From an uncultured Dorea sp. (GTDB lineage: Bacteria; Bacillota; Clostridia; Lachnospirales; Lachnospiraceae): a stretch of 64,000 bases of DNA. The translations under genes were made by a program, and so were the position numbers. Position 1 is the stretch's first letter, and every line of letters begins with the position of its first letter. Below the pieces are notes generated by a model. That model saw only the letters and a program-made list of their open reading frames with translations, was not told the DNA's origin and did not search any database. Where the stretch lies: assembly GCA_947388185.1 (NCBI GenBank), contig CANDQP010000001.1, positions 17,604 to 81,603 on the forward strand. Direction: 5' to 3'. Positions 33,637 to 43,488 of this stretch are shown piece after piece.

Positions 33637-35199
33637 ATGAACAAAAACCAGGCGTCCGGAACGGCAAAGAAGGGATTATTCCGTATCATTTTCAGCAGAA
33701 CCGGAATTATTCTGCTGATGCTGCTGATTCAATTAGGGTCTATAGCGGGATCGATCCATTATCTGCAGGCATATCTTCCATATATTTATGGAACGCTGAT
33801 CGTGTTAGAAGCAGTGATACTGATATACATCATCAATACGAAGGGCAATCCGGCATTCAAGATGACATGGATGCTGTGCGTCCTGGTATTCCCGGTATTC
33901 GGAGTGATATTCTATGTCTTTGTGCAGATGCAGGTGGGCACCAGATTCCTGCAGAACAGGCTGTCGACTTTAAGGATCGAGACGGCTCCGTATATGCAGC
34001 AGGATCCGGAGATCGTGGAGAACCTGTGGGCGAGCAAGTCTGCCAATGCCCATCTGTCCTATTATCTGTCCAGACAATTAGGGTTCCCCACCTACCGCAA
34101 TACGTCGGTCCAGTATTTCCCGCTGGGGGAGTATAAGCTTGGAGCGATGCTGTCGGAGCTTAAGAAGGCCAAAAGATACATATTCATGGAATATTTTATC
34201 GTGGAAAAGGGATATATGTGGGGAACGATCCTTGAGGTCCTCAAGGAGAAGGCGAAGGACGGCGTGGAGGTCCGATTCATGTATGACGGCATGTGCGCCA
34301 TATCCATGCTGCCTTATAATTATCCAAAACAGCTTGAGAGATTCGGGATCCAGTGCAAGATGTCGAATCCCATCAAACCGTTTCTGTCAACGACACAGAA
34401 CAACCGGGACCACCGCAAGATCTGTGTGATCGACGGCAAGGTTGCATTTACCGGAGGGATCAACTTAGGAGATGAGTACATTAACAGGAAAGAGCGGTTC
34501 GGACACTGGAAGGACACGGCGGTCATGCTTAAGGGGGACGCAGTGCAGAGCCTGACCATGATATTTCTGCAGATGTGGAACGTAGAAGAGAGGCGGCCCG
34601 AGAGATATAAGAAATACCTGACGCCCAAGAAGACGGAGCTTCACAGAGGCTTAGGCTATGTGATCCCCTATGCGGACAGTCCCTTTGACAATGAGAATGT
34701 AGGTGAAGAGGTGTATTTCCACATACTGAACCATGCGAAGAAGTATGTACATATCATGACGCCTTATCTGATACTGGACAATGAGATGATCACCACGCTT
34801 ACAAGGGTGGCAAAAAGCGGGATCGAGGTCGTCATCATCATGCCCCATATCCCGGATAAGTGGTATGCGTTTGCGGTGGCGAAGACATACTATAAGGAGC
34901 TGATCGAGAGCGGCGTCCAGATCTATGAGTATACGCCCGGATTCGTCCATGCCAAGGTTTTTGTATCGGATGATGACACGGCTACGGTGGGAACCATCAA
35001 TCTGGATTACAGGAGTCTCTACCTGCATTTTGAATGCGGCGTATTCATCTATAATAATCCAGAGATCGACAGGATCGAGAAGGATTTCAAGAAGACGCTC
35101 AAGAAGTGTCACAAGGTAACGCTGGTGGAGGCCAAGGAGAGAAGCCTGCTCACCAAGCTGTGCGGACACGTGCTGCGGATGGTGGCGCCGCTTATGTAA
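33637..35199 (+). CDS. cls: cardiolipin synthase
   Basis: ATG 33637 follows an AAGGAG RBS; the track starts at TTG 33583. It has N-terminal TMs and two HKD motifs, HRKICVIDGKVAFTGGINLGDEY and HAKVFVSDDDTATVGTINLDYRS. Confidence 0.9.
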   Translation: MNKNQASGTAKKGLFRIIFSRTGIILLMLLIQLGSIAGSIHYLQAYLPYIYGTLIVLEAVILIYIINTKGNPAFKMTWMLCVLVFPVFGVIFYVFVQMQVGTRFLQNRLSTLRIETAPYMQQDPEIVENLWASKSANAHLSYYLSRQLGFPTYRNTSVQYFPLGEYKLGAMLSELKKAKRYIFMEYFIVEKGYMWGTILEVLKEKAKDGVEVRFMYDGMCAISMLPYNYPKQLERFGIQCKMSNPIKPFLSTTQNNRDHRKICVIDGKVAFTGGINLGDEYINRKERFGHWKDTAVMLKGDAVQSLTMIFLQMWNVEERRPERYKKYLTPKKTELHRGLGYVIPYADSPFDNENVGEEVYFHILNHAKKYVHIMTPYLILDNEMITTLTRVAKSGIEVVIIMPHIPDKWYAFAVAKTYYKELIESGVQIYEYTPGFVHAKVFVSDDDTATVGTINLDYRSLYLHFECGVFIYNNPEIDRIEKDFKKTLKKCHKVTLVEAKERSLLTKLCGHVLRMVAPLM

Positions 35200-35302
35200 A
35201 GCAAAAGTTTTAAAATGCATTTTACAGAAGCCGGAAAATATAGTATAATGTTATCTGGTTTTGAGTGGATTATAGTTAAATGATAACGCAGGAGGAATTG
35301 AT

Positions 35303-36580
35303 ATGGTAAGAGCAGTAGTTGGCGCCAATTGGGGAGACGAAGGAAAAGGGAAGATTACGGATATGTTAGCCGAGAGGGCGGATATTATCGTAAGATTCCA
35401 GGGAGGAGCGAACGCGGGGCATACGATCATCAATGATTACGGTAAGTTTGCGCTGCACACCCTGCCATCCGGTGTATTCTATAGCCATACCACGAGCATC
35501 ATCGGAAATGGTGTCGCACTGGATATTCCGGTTCTCTGCAAGGAGATACAGTCTGTTGTCGACAGGGGAGTTCCGGCGCCGAAGATCCTGGTATCAGACC
35601 GTGCGCAGATGGTAATGTCATATCACAAGAATTTTGATGCGTATGAGGAGGAACGGCTGGGCGGAAAGTCCTTTGGCTCTACGAAGTCAGGGATCGCTCC
35701 GTTCTATTCAGACAAGTATGCGAAGGTCGGATTCCAGGTAAGCGAGCTGTTTGATGATGAGCTGCTAAGGGAGAAGGTAGTAAGGATCACGGCACAGAAG
35801 AACGTGTTGCTTGAGCATCTGTATCATAAGCCGGCGATTGATCCGGATGAGCTTTATAATGAACTTCAGGAATATAAGAGGATGATAGAACCGTATGTAT
35901 GCGATACGTCGCTCTATCTCTACAATGCGTTGAAAGAGGGGAAGGAGATTCTTCTTGAGGGACAGCTTGGAACGCTTAAGGATCCGGATCACGGGATCTA
36001 TCCTATGGTGACCTCTTCTTCTACATTGGCAGCCTACGGGGCCATCGGGGCAGGAATCCCGCCGTATGAGATCAAGAAGGTGATCACAGTATGCAAGGCT
36101 TATTCCAGCGCGGTAGGAGCCGGTGCGTTCGTAAGTGAGATCTTCGGAGAGGAAGCGGATGAACTGAGACGCCGCGGAGGCGACGGCGGCGAGTTCGGAG
36201 CGACTACCGGACGTCCAAGGAGGATGGGATGGTTCGACTGTGTTGCTTCTAAGTATGGATGCAGGATGCAGGGCGCGACGGATGTGGCGTTTACGGTGCT
36301 TGACGTACTTGGGTATCTGGATGAGATACCGGTATGCGTGGGCTATGAGATCAATGGGGAGGTGACGACGGATTTCCCTGTGACACATCTGCTTGAGAAG
36401 GCGAAGCCTGTCTATAAGAAGCTTGCAGGATGGAAATGTGACATCAGGGGGATCAAATCTTACGAGGAACTGCCCGAGAACTGCCGGAAGTATATTGAGT
36501 TCGTAGAAGAGCAGATTGGGTATCCGATCACGATGGTTTCCAACGGACCGGGAAGAGACGATATCATCTATCGCGGATAA
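35303..36580 (+). CDS. purA: adenylosuccinate synthase
   Basis: 425 aa with GANWGDEGKGKITD, GGANAGHT and TGRPRR motifs, and an AGGAGGA RBS. Confidence 0.95.
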   Translation: MVRAVVGANWGDEGKGKITDMLAERADIIVRFQGGANAGHTIINDYGKFALHTLPSGVFYSHTTSIIGNGVALDIPVLCKEIQSVVDRGVPAPKILVSDRAQMVMSYHKNFDAYEEERLGGKSFGSTKSGIAPFYSDKYAKVGFQVSELFDDELLREKVVRITAQKNVLLEHLYHKPAIDPDELYNELQEYKRMIEPYVCDTSLYLYNALKEGKEILLEGQLGTLKDPDHGIYPMVTSSSTLAAYGAIGAGIPPYEIKKVITVCKAYSSAVGAGAFVSEIFGEEADELRRRGGDGGEFGATTGRPRRMGWFDCVASKYGCRMQGATDVAFTVLDVLGYLDEIPVCVGYEINGEVTTDFPVTHLLEKAKPVYKKLAGWKCDIRGIKSYEELPENCRKYIEFVEEQIGYPITMVSNGPGRDDIIYRG

Positions 36581-36737
36581 GTATATAAGAGGGCCTGTCA
36601 GGGGATGAGAGTTTGCACAGGATAAGATATAAGAGTGCGAACAGGCTTCCTTTGGCGGCTCTTTTTACATTTTAGATACATTTCCATAGGATTTTCGAGA
36701 TTTCTCACGGATATAATACCGCATATAGAAAACAGAT

Positions 36738-36766
36738 GTAACGGTTAAGCTTGTCTGAACTGTTAC
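36738..36766. repeat. 29-bp minimal copy of the GTAAC...GTTAC element in the asnB leader
   Basis: GTAACGGTTAAGCTTGTCTGAACTGTTAC. Its right 14 nt match 1895-1908 and its left end resembles the MITE left TIR. It is flanked by AAACAGAT (36730-36737) and AAACAGAC (36767-36774), a 7/8 direct repeat. Confidence 0.5.
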
Positions 36767-36792
36767 AAACAGACAGAAGAGGAGCGGTAGAT

Positions 36793-38640
36793 ATGTGCGG
36801 GATCTGTGGGATGATCGGAGAGGCAGAAGGTAAGGAGCAGGTGCTTTCACGGATGATGAAGGCGCTTAAGCATCGCGGGCCGGACGGAAGGGACAGTTAT
36901 ATCACAAGAGATGCAATGCTGGGATTTCAAAGGCTTGGTATCATAGATCTGGAGACAGGAATGCAGCCGATCCAGAATGAAGATAAGAGTAAGACGCTGG
37001 TTTTCAACGGGGAGATCTATAATTACCGGATCTTAAGGGATATGTTAAGGCAAAAGGGACACCGGTTCGAGACAGATTCGGATTCAGAGGTGATCCTTCA
37101 CGGATATGAGGAATATGGCAAGGTATTCCTGGATAAATTAAGAGGGATGTTCAGCTTCGCTGTCTGGGATGATAAGGAGAAGACTTTGTTCGCGGCAAGA
37201 GATTATTTTGGGATCAAACCTTTTTATTACACGGTGGCAGGAGATACTCTCGTATTTGCATCGGAGATCAAGAGTATTCTGGAATACCCGGGGTATCACA
37301 GAGAAATGAACGAGGAGGCGCTGGAACAGTATCTGTCTTTCCAGTATTCGGTGCTGCCGGAGACATTTTTTAAAGGGATCTACCAATTGCTGCCGGGGCA
37401 TTATCTGACATATACACTGTCAGGGGAGCTTCGGACGACACGCTATTTCGAACCGTCTCTTAAGCCCGGTAAGGGTCTGGGGGAGGAGAGCCTTCTGGAG
37501 GATGTGAAGAATGTGATCGGCCAGTCGGTGAAGCGTCATCTGGTCAGTGATGTGGAGGTGGGCAGCTTCTTATCCGGCGGGGTAGATTCAAGCATGGTTG
37601 CGGCAGCGTCCGGCTGCGGCAGGACATTTACGGTAGGCTTCGAGAATGAAGGAGCCTTGTATGACGAGACGGTATATGCGGGGGAGCTTGCGGGTACGCT
37701 TGGGACAGACCATCACTGCAGATACATCACGAAGGAGGAATTCAGGGAAGCGGTTCCCAAAGTGATGTATCATCTGGACGAGCCCCTTGGCGACGCATCG
37801 GCGGTGGCGCTCTATTTCCTTGCGCAGGAGGCGTCTAAGGAGGTGAAAGTAGTGCTGTCCGGAGAGGGAGCGGACGAGATATTCGGAGGCTATAATATCT
37901 ATCTGGAACCTAAGGCGCTTAAGTTTCTTGGGTGGCTGCCGGCGGAGGCAAGGAGATGCCTTGCTTCTCTGGCGGAATATCTGCCAAGACATATGAAGGG
38001 CAGGAATTATCTGATCCGGGCGTCCCAGTCTCTTAGGGAGCGTTATATCGGGAATGCCTATATCTTCCATACCGGAGAGCGAAGAGAGATCCTGAAACGG
38101 CCCGGGAATGCCGGGGAGCCGGCAGATTTCCTGGAGGACGCCTATGAGAGGGCGGCGCCGCTTCCGGATTCTGACCAGATGCAGTACATAGATCTGAAAT
38201 ACTGGCTTCCGGGAGATATCTTGCAGAAAGCGGATAAGATGAGCATGGCGCATTCGCTGGAGCTCAGGGTTCCGTTCCTTGACAGGGATGTGTTTCAGAT
38301 CGCAAGAGCGATTCCCCATGAGATGAAGACAAGGCGCTGCACGACCAAGTATCTGCTGAGGAGAGCGGCAGACGATTATCTTCCGGAGAAGGTAGCGCGC
38401 AGGAAGAAACTGGGCTTCCCGATTCCGATCAGGAACTGGATGAAGGAACAGGACTGGTATCAGGAGATAGCGGAAGTATTTACAGGGAAGGCGGCAGCGG
38501 AATATTTTCATACGGAGAAGCTTGTGAAGCTTCTTAAGGAACACAGGGACGGGAAGGAGGACAACAGCAGGAAGATCTGGACAGTCTATGCGTTTCTCGT
38601 GTGGCACAAGGTATATTTTGGTAACAGTGAAGGTATCTGA
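36793..38640 (+). CDS. asnB: asparagine synthase (glutamine-hydrolysing)
   Basis: True start is ATG 36793 (MCGICGM, with Cys2 as the Ntn amidotransferase nucleophile); the track starts upstream at TTG 36751. It has the SGGVDSS PP-loop motif. The last 6 codons and the stop (GNSEGI-TGA) lie inside the 28-bp repeat at 38621-38648. Confidence 0.9.
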   Translation: MCGICGMIGEAEGKEQVLSRMMKALKHRGPDGRDSYITRDAMLGFQRLGIIDLETGMQPIQNEDKSKTLVFNGEIYNYRILRDMLRQKGHRFETDSDSEVILHGYEEYGKVFLDKLRGMFSFAVWDDKEKTLFAARDYFGIKPFYYTVAGDTLVFASEIKSILEYPGYHREMNEEALEQYLSFQYSVLPETFFKGIYQLLPGHYLTYTLSGELRTTRYFEPSLKPGKGLGEESLLEDVKNVIGQSVKRHLVSDVEVGSFLSGGVDSSMVAAASGCGRTFTVGFENEGALYDETVYAGELAGTLGTDHHCRYITKEEFREAVPKVMYHLDEPLGDASAVALYFLAQEASKEVKVVLSGEGADEIFGGYNIYLEPKALKFLGWLPAEARRCLASLAEYLPRHMKGRNYLIRASQSLRERYIGNAYIFHTGERREILKRPGNAGEPADFLEDAYERAAPLPDSDQMQYIDLKYWLPGDILQKADKMSMAHSLELRVPFLDRDVFQIARAIPHEMKTRRCTTKYLLRRAADDYLPEKVARRKKLGFPIPIRNWMKEQDWYQEIAEVFTGKAAAEYFHTEKLVKLLKEHRDGKEDNSRKIWTVYAFLVWHKVYFGNSEGI

Positions 38641-38648
38641 ACTGTTAC
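38621..38648. repeat. 28-bp hairpin copy (8-bp stem) of the MITE right end, overlapping the asnB 3' end
   Basis: GTAACAGTGAAGGTATCTGAACTGTTAC is identical 28/28 to 1881-1908. The stem is GTAACAGT/ACTGTTAC with a 12-nt loop, followed by GTATTTTA. Confidence 0.6.
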
Positions 38649-38687
38649 GTATTTTAAGTGTGATGGTTAGCAAAGAGGGTGGTAAGG

Positions 38688-39383
38688 ATGACGGTGACGG
38701 AGGAGATCAGAATACTGGTGATAGAGGATGAGAAGCCGATCGCGGATATTCTGGAATATGGATTTAAGAAGGAAGGCTTCAGTGTGAAAAGCGCATATAC
38801 CGGCGCCGACGGGCTTAGGGAGGCAAAGGAGTTTGGAGCGCATCTGGTGCTTCTGGATTGGATGCTTCCGGATCTCAGCGGAGTGGATGTCTGTAAGATG
38901 CTGACGGAGCAATATAATATCCCGATCATCATGCTGACAGCGCGGGGCAGTATCGATGATAAGGTATACGGGCTTGAATCCGGGGCGGATGATTATATCA
39001 CGAAGCCTTTCGACCTGCGGGAGGTGATCGTCCGTGTGAAGGCCATCCTGAGGAGGTTTGGAAAGTCTTTGAAGGGGCAGGAGGAAGAACGGGAGATCTG
39101 TGTGAAGAATGCGGTGATCTCCGAGCGGGAACGGACGGTCTGCCAGGGCGGAGAATATGTGGAGCTGACGCCAAAGGAATTCGACCTGCTGGTCTTCCTG
39201 GTGAAGAACCCAAGGCGGGTGTTCACCAGGTCACACCTGCTTGATGAGATATGGGGCTATGATTTCATGGGAGATACAAGGACGGTAGATATTCATATAC
39301 AGAGGCTCAGGAAGAAGCTGTGTATGGGAGAAGCTATCGTGACGGTGTTCGGCGTGGGGTATAAGTACGTACCGGAGGAATAG
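38688..39383 (+). CDS. OmpR/PhoB-family response regulator
   Basis: It has a REC domain (LVLLDWMLPDLSGVDV) and a winged-helix domain (LTPKEFDLLVFLVKNPRRVFTRSHLLDEIWG...VDIHIQRLRKK). ATG 38688 is preferred over track GTG 38679. Confidence 0.9.
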   Translation: MTVTEEIRILVIEDEKPIADILEYGFKKEGFSVKSAYTGADGLREAKEFGAHLVLLDWMLPDLSGVDVCKMLTEQYNIPIIMLTARGSIDDKVYGLESGADDYITKPFDLREVIVRVKAILRRFGKSLKGQEEEREICVKNAVISERERTVCQGGEYVELTPKEFDLLVFLVKNPRRVFTRSHLLDEIWGYDFMGDTRTVDIHIQRLRKKLCMGEAIVTVFGVGYKYVPEE

Positions 39384-39396
39384 GCTGGTGTGGAAG

Positions 39397-40896
39397 ATGG
39401 ATGATCGAAAGAATAGATTCTTTCATGGGATCTTGTTTCGGATGAGTGTGTGGGTGCTGCTGTTAGGGCTCTTAAGTGTCCTGGGTGTCACGTATTTTGT
39501 AAGGATGCGTATGCAGTATAATCTGGAGAAACAGATCATGAAGGAGCTTCAGAGTATAGAGAGCAATACGGAGCTCTATATCCGCCAGGTCCTGCTGATC
39601 AATAACCGCCAGATAGACGAGGACGGGTTCCGGGAATGTACCCGTGAGATCGAGCAGCAGCTTAAGAACGCGGGGTATCAGGAGGCGGCGCTCTACGACA
39701 GCGGCGGGCGTCTTTTAAGCCGGGGTGTAAGGCGAAGGTTTGAAGGGGCCGAAGAACGGGAGGATTTCCAGCTTGCGAAGGGCGGACAGAGCGCGTTTAC
39801 CATATATTATGGCGGACAGAATCGGTGCGAAGTGTATTTTACCATGCCGATGATAGAAGGGATGGGGCAGAAGATCGGGATCATCAGCTATTTCCTGGAT
39901 TATCACGAGATGTTCGAGAGAGAATGGACGATCCTAAAGGAGATCGTCAGGATCACGGTGCTGGCTTTTGCGGTCAGTTATCTGGTGGTGTGGGTGATGA
40001 TCCGGCGCATGGTCTCTCCGATCCGTCTTCTCGGTCGCACCTCCAGTGACATCTCAAGCCATCTGAAGGACGGGCAGTTTGACAGCGAGGCATTAGGGAA
40101 GCTCAAGGTCAATGAGAGGAAGGATGAGATCGGGGAGCTGTCGCGGAATTATACACAGATGCTTAAGGTTACAAAGGAGCAGTTCGAGAAGATCCAGGAG
40201 GACAGGGACCATATCTTAGCGCTCTGGAGCAGCAGGCAGGAGTTCTATAATAATGTGACCCATGAGCTTAAGACGCCGCTCACGACGATCTCAGGTTATG
40301 CCCAGCTTATGGAGGAGAACGGACTTGGAGACGAGGAATTGTTCTATAATGGGATGGAGCATATCCTGCAGGAGAGTACCAGGCTGCACCGTATGGTGGT
40401 CCAGCTCCTGGAAATGCAGGATAAGGACAGGTATCTCAGGATGGAGCCTCTGGATATTGCCGATACCTTGAGAAATGTGGTGGATGCCATGCGGATGAAA
40501 GCACGGCGGTATGAGAATACGCTGGTTCTGGAGGGGGATGCTATACCTTGTCTTGTTCGCGGAAGAGAAGACCGGATCCGGCAAGTATTGATCAACTTGA
40601 TCGATAATGCCATCAAGTATGGGAAGCCGGGAAAGGAGATCTGGATCCGGCTCACGAGGCGGAAGAATCAGATCCAGATCGCAGTTGCGAATCAGGGGAA
40701 GGGCATTGAGGCGGACGAGGCAGCACATATCTTCGAGCCGTTCTACCGGGTGGATAAGGAGCGGTCAAGGGAGATGGGAAGCTCCGGGCTTGGACTGGCC
40801 ATCTCCAGGAAGATTATGGAGGAGCACGGAGGAACGATCCAGGTGAAGAGCGAGCCGGACGGGTATACTATATTTATGGTCAGTTTTCCGGCATAA
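39397..40896 (+). CDS. sensor histidine kinase (2 TM, HAMP, HisKA, HATPase_c)
   Basis: It has the H-box FYNNVTHELKTPLTTISGY, N-box LINLIDNAIKYG and G-boxes NQGKGI and SSGLGLAISRKI. The start is uncertain: ATG 39397 or GTG 39388. Confidence 0.85.
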   Translation: MDDRKNRFFHGILFRMSVWVLLLGLLSVLGVTYFVRMRMQYNLEKQIMKELQSIESNTELYIRQVLLINNRQIDEDGFRECTREIEQQLKNAGYQEAALYDSGGRLLSRGVRRRFEGAEEREDFQLAKGGQSAFTIYYGGQNRCEVYFTMPMIEGMGQKIGIISYFLDYHEMFEREWTILKEIVRITVLAFAVSYLVVWVMIRRMVSPIRLLGRTSSDISSHLKDGQFDSEALGKLKVNERKDEIGELSRNYTQMLKVTKEQFEKIQEDRDHILALWSSRQEFYNNVTHELKTPLTTISGYAQLMEENGLGDEELFYNGMEHILQESTRLHRMVVQLLEMQDKDRYLRMEPLDIADTLRNVVDAMRMKARRYENTLVLEGDAIPCLVRGREDRIRQVLINLIDNAIKYGKPGKEIWIRLTRRKNQIQIAVANQGKGIEADEAAHIFEPFYRVDKERSREMGSSGLGLAISRKIMEEHGGTIQVKSEPDGYTIFMVSFPA

Positions 40897-40929
40897 TAGG
40901 ATGCGCAGTTATGAGAAAGAGATATCGGT

Positions 40930-42165
40930 ATGAGAAGTGACAGAAAAGGGATAAAACAAGTGATAGCGTTGATTGTGGCAGGGCTCCTGCTGTGCGGATG
41001 CGCCGGGCAGGAGACGTCGAAGACCATTATCCTTCCGAGAGAGACGGAAGATGCGGAGAATAATGCGGGAATCGATGTCAGGGATATCAAGGAGTATAGC
41101 TTTGAAGGCAGTGTATATTCCATGACCTGGAAGAAAGAATCCAGGGAAGAGATCTGTGTACTCCGGGATCAGGGGGAAGGCTTAGGTTATCAGACTATGA
41201 ATATTTATCAGGGGACGGAATCGGACATTGCGGTCTTTGAGGAGCGTCCGGTCAGCGTATCGCAGCTTGCTCCCGGAGGACAGTATGTCTTGTACGAGAC
41301 TTTTGATAACAACATGATCCAGCTTATCCTGTATCGGGTGCAGACAGGGGAAAAGTTGGTGATCCATGAAAGGGACGGTTCGATGGATACATGTTGTTTT
41401 AGGTGGAGCGGTGACGGTACGAGGTTCTTTGTGTGGCCGGACGGAAATTACAGCGGGCAGAATGCAGTGCAGATGTATCCCATCTGCCGGTATGATGCCT
41501 TGAGCGGGGAGAAGACGGAGATTATGATGGAAGGAACCGAGAATGCATGGAGGCAGGCGATTCCCAATGAAGATGGGTCGAAGGTGTATGTGCGGGAGGA
41601 GTATCCCGATCAGGAGGGGAACGTGCCGATATCTTCCGAAGAATGGCTGGAACTGTATGGAGTTGAGAATACGGAGTTGAAGACAGGTGCAGCGTATGCA
41701 GACGGGTATGAACCGTCTCTTCCGGGAAGAAGCTGGGTGTTAGAAATGGATACGGCTGCAATTCGGGAGATTGACGGGGAGAATGGAGATATTCCGAATT
41801 TGATCAGATATACAGATCAGGGAGTAATTGGAAGAAACGGGGAAGAAGTGTGGATGATGGCAGAGCCTCTGAGTGAATTCCCAAAAGAGAGGATCCTGAT
41901 GACAGATTGTGAAAAGGTCTGTGTATGCGGGAAGGGCGATCATATCTTCTTGCTTGACCGCGAGAGTGGGACGGATACGATGCAGATCATGGGAATCAAG
42001 GTCCAGGATGGGGAGATTGTGGGGCGTCAGGTGTTATATAAGGGAATCAACGGATATTGCTCCGGAGTGGAAGTGGGGGCGGATGACGGAGAACTGATCG
42101 TTCAGACGATCGGATATCTGGAGAATGGGAACAGCTTAGCGCAGGTGACGGTGCTGGAATATTGA
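40930..42165 (+). CDS. lipoprotein with beta-propeller-like (PD40/TolB-like) repeats, function unknown
   Basis: It has the signal peptide and lipobox VAGLLLCGCAG. Repeated motifs APGGQYVLY, WSGDGTRFF and NEDGSKVYV are present. It lies immediately downstream of the two-component pair. Confidence 0.7.
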   Translation: MRSDRKGIKQVIALIVAGLLLCGCAGQETSKTIILPRETEDAENNAGIDVRDIKEYSFEGSVYSMTWKKESREEICVLRDQGEGLGYQTMNIYQGTESDIAVFEERPVSVSQLAPGGQYVLYETFDNNMIQLILYRVQTGEKLVIHERDGSMDTCCFRWSGDGTRFFVWPDGNYSGQNAVQMYPICRYDALSGEKTEIMMEGTENAWRQAIPNEDGSKVYVREEYPDQEGNVPISSEEWLELYGVENTELKTGAAYADGYEPSLPGRSWVLEMDTAAIREIDGENGDIPNLIRYTDQGVIGRNGEEVWMMAEPLSEFPKERILMTDCEKVCVCGKGDHIFLLDRESGTDTMQIMGIKVQDGEIVGRQVLYKGINGYCSGVEVGADDGELIVQTIGYLENGNSLAQVTVLEY

Positions 42166-42453
42166 AGGATTCCATTAGATAATTTTAAGAAATCCCTAAT
42201 CTTTCTTTTAGAAAATTGCCATAGCATAGACACATTTAGCTGGTATTCTGTTTATAGTTATTATAGAGGCATATCTATTGGGGTATGCCCATATAATAAT
42301 AATACGGGGACTTCGCTATATTCATTGGCGGATCGTAATGAGGGGAAGGAAGACGATACATAGTGTCAGCTCCCGTGAGTATAAATATGGCGTATTCCTG
42401 ATCCCCCGGCCTATGGGCAGGGAATTTCAGGATATCAAAGAAGGAGGTATTAC

Positions 42454-42609
42454 ATGCAGCGGAAAAAGAAAACGAATCATACAGAAGTTCTCTCTATTGA
42501 GGAATACCTTACGAAAAGAAAAAGAGTCAGAGACATGGATCCAAGCCAGGTGCGGGGAGGAATCCCAGAGGAAAATCAGGCATTGGTCCTGGCAGGATTA
42601 TGTATATAG
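42454..42609 (+). CDS. candidate small basic protein (51 aa), unannotated in the ORF track
   Basis: A strong GAAGGAGG RBS lies 6 nt before ATG 42454. It reads MQRKKKTNHTEVLSIEEYLTKRKRVRDMDPSQVRGGIPEENQALVLAGLCI and is followed by a terminator at 42617-42645. I recognise no family. Confidence 0.35.
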   Translation: MQRKKKTNHTEVLSIEEYLTKRKRVRDMDPSQVRGGIPEENQALVLAGLCI

Positions 42610-42616
42610 GAGAATG

Positions 42617-42645
42617 AACAGGCCCTTTACGGGTCTGTTTTTTTG
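42617..42645 (+). terminator. rho-independent terminator
   Basis: AACAGGCCC-tttac-GGGTCTGTT followed by TTTTTTT. It overlaps the last codons of the convergent minus-strand ORF. Confidence 0.65.
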
Positions 42646-42875
42646 ATGGGATCGCTGTCTTCTTCATTGGTTCTGGTAAGCCGGTATACCAGCGTATAGG
42701 CATAGAGAAGGACCGGAAGAATAATCGTACAGGCAATGGAAGCCATGAGAAGATCCTGTGCGGCGGGGTGGTCGATCAGTGCGAAGGCAAGGGTGCCGGC
42801 GTACATGGCAAAGAGCAGAAAGGCGCCGAGTGCCGCCAGGATTCGTTTTGTTTTGCTTGTTTTTGTATTTTTCAT
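42627..42875 (-). CDS. small membrane protein (2 TM), function unknown
   Basis: 82 aa with an AAAGGAGGA RBS. It has two hydrophobic helices, ILAALGAFLLFAMYAGTLAFALI and IACTIILPVLLYAYTLVY. Confidence 0.55.
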   Translation of the reverse strand: MKNTKTSKTKRILAALGAFLLFAMYAGTLAFALIDHPAAQDLLMASIACTIILPVLLYAYTLVYRLTRTNEEDSDPIKKTDP

Positions 42876-42981
42876 GCGAATCCTCCTTTACATCTTAACG
42901 AGACTTTAGTATATTATATAAGTGGCAGGAAAAAATTGCAAACACAAATATAAAAACAAATACAAAGGAGCAAAATATATT

Positions 42982-43488
42982 ATGAGCAAGACATTATTGG
43001 ATCAGTGGAAAGAGATTGCGTATGACGAGAAGGCGGACAGGGGGCAGCTTCAGAGATTCTGGAAGAATTATTTTCAGATCGAGAAGGAGATCTATGAGCA
43101 GCTTCTGACGAATCCGGACGAGGAAGTGAAGGGGACCGTGAAGGAGCTGGCAGAGAAGTACGGCCAGGAAGTCCTCACCATGGTTGGTTTCCTGGACGGC
43201 ATTGATGAGAGCCTTAAGGAAACGAACCCGATCGAGACGATGGATGAGGATACGGTTGTGAGCCTTGCTTTTGACAAGGAGAAGCTGTATAAGAACATGG
43301 TAGCGGCCAAGGCTGACTGGCTGTACGATCTTCCGCAGTGGAAGGAGATCTATCCGGAGGAGGAATTGAAGCGGCTCTATAAGGAGCAGAAGGAATCCGG
43401 CACGATCCGCAAGGAGAAGAAGATCGGACGTAACGATCCGTGTCCTTGCGGTTCAGGTAAGAAGTATAAGAAATGCTGTGGCAAATAA
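42982..43488 (+). CDS. SEC-C metal-binding motif protein
   Basis: ATG 42982 follows an AAAGGAG RBS. The C-terminus is [20 protein letters not shown]. Confidence 0.8.
   Translation: MSKTLLDQWKEIAYDEKADRGQLQRFWKNYFQIEKEIYEQLLTNPDEEVKGTVKELAEKYGQEVLTMVGFLDGIDESLKETNPIETMDEDTVVSLAFDKEKLYKNMVAAKADWLYDLPQWKEIYPEEELKRLYKEQKESGTIRKEKKIGRNDPCPCGSGKKYKKCCGK

Noticed and set aside
36751-36792. N-terminal extension of asnB (track start 36751). Similar upstream non-ATG extensions occur at 9049, 16158, 18993, 33583, 42922, 47103, 51750 and 55009.
   Set aside because: For asnB, Ntn amidotransferases need Cys directly after the initiator Met (MCGICG). For the other genes, internal ATGs have well-spaced Shine-Dalgarno sequences and give canonical N-termini.
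42278-42646. 122-aa track ORF in the 42.2-42.6 kb gap.
   Set aside because: It has a highly basic, low-complexity translation and no RBS. It runs through a terminator hairpin and overlaps the better-supported 51-aa ORF, which lies in another frame.
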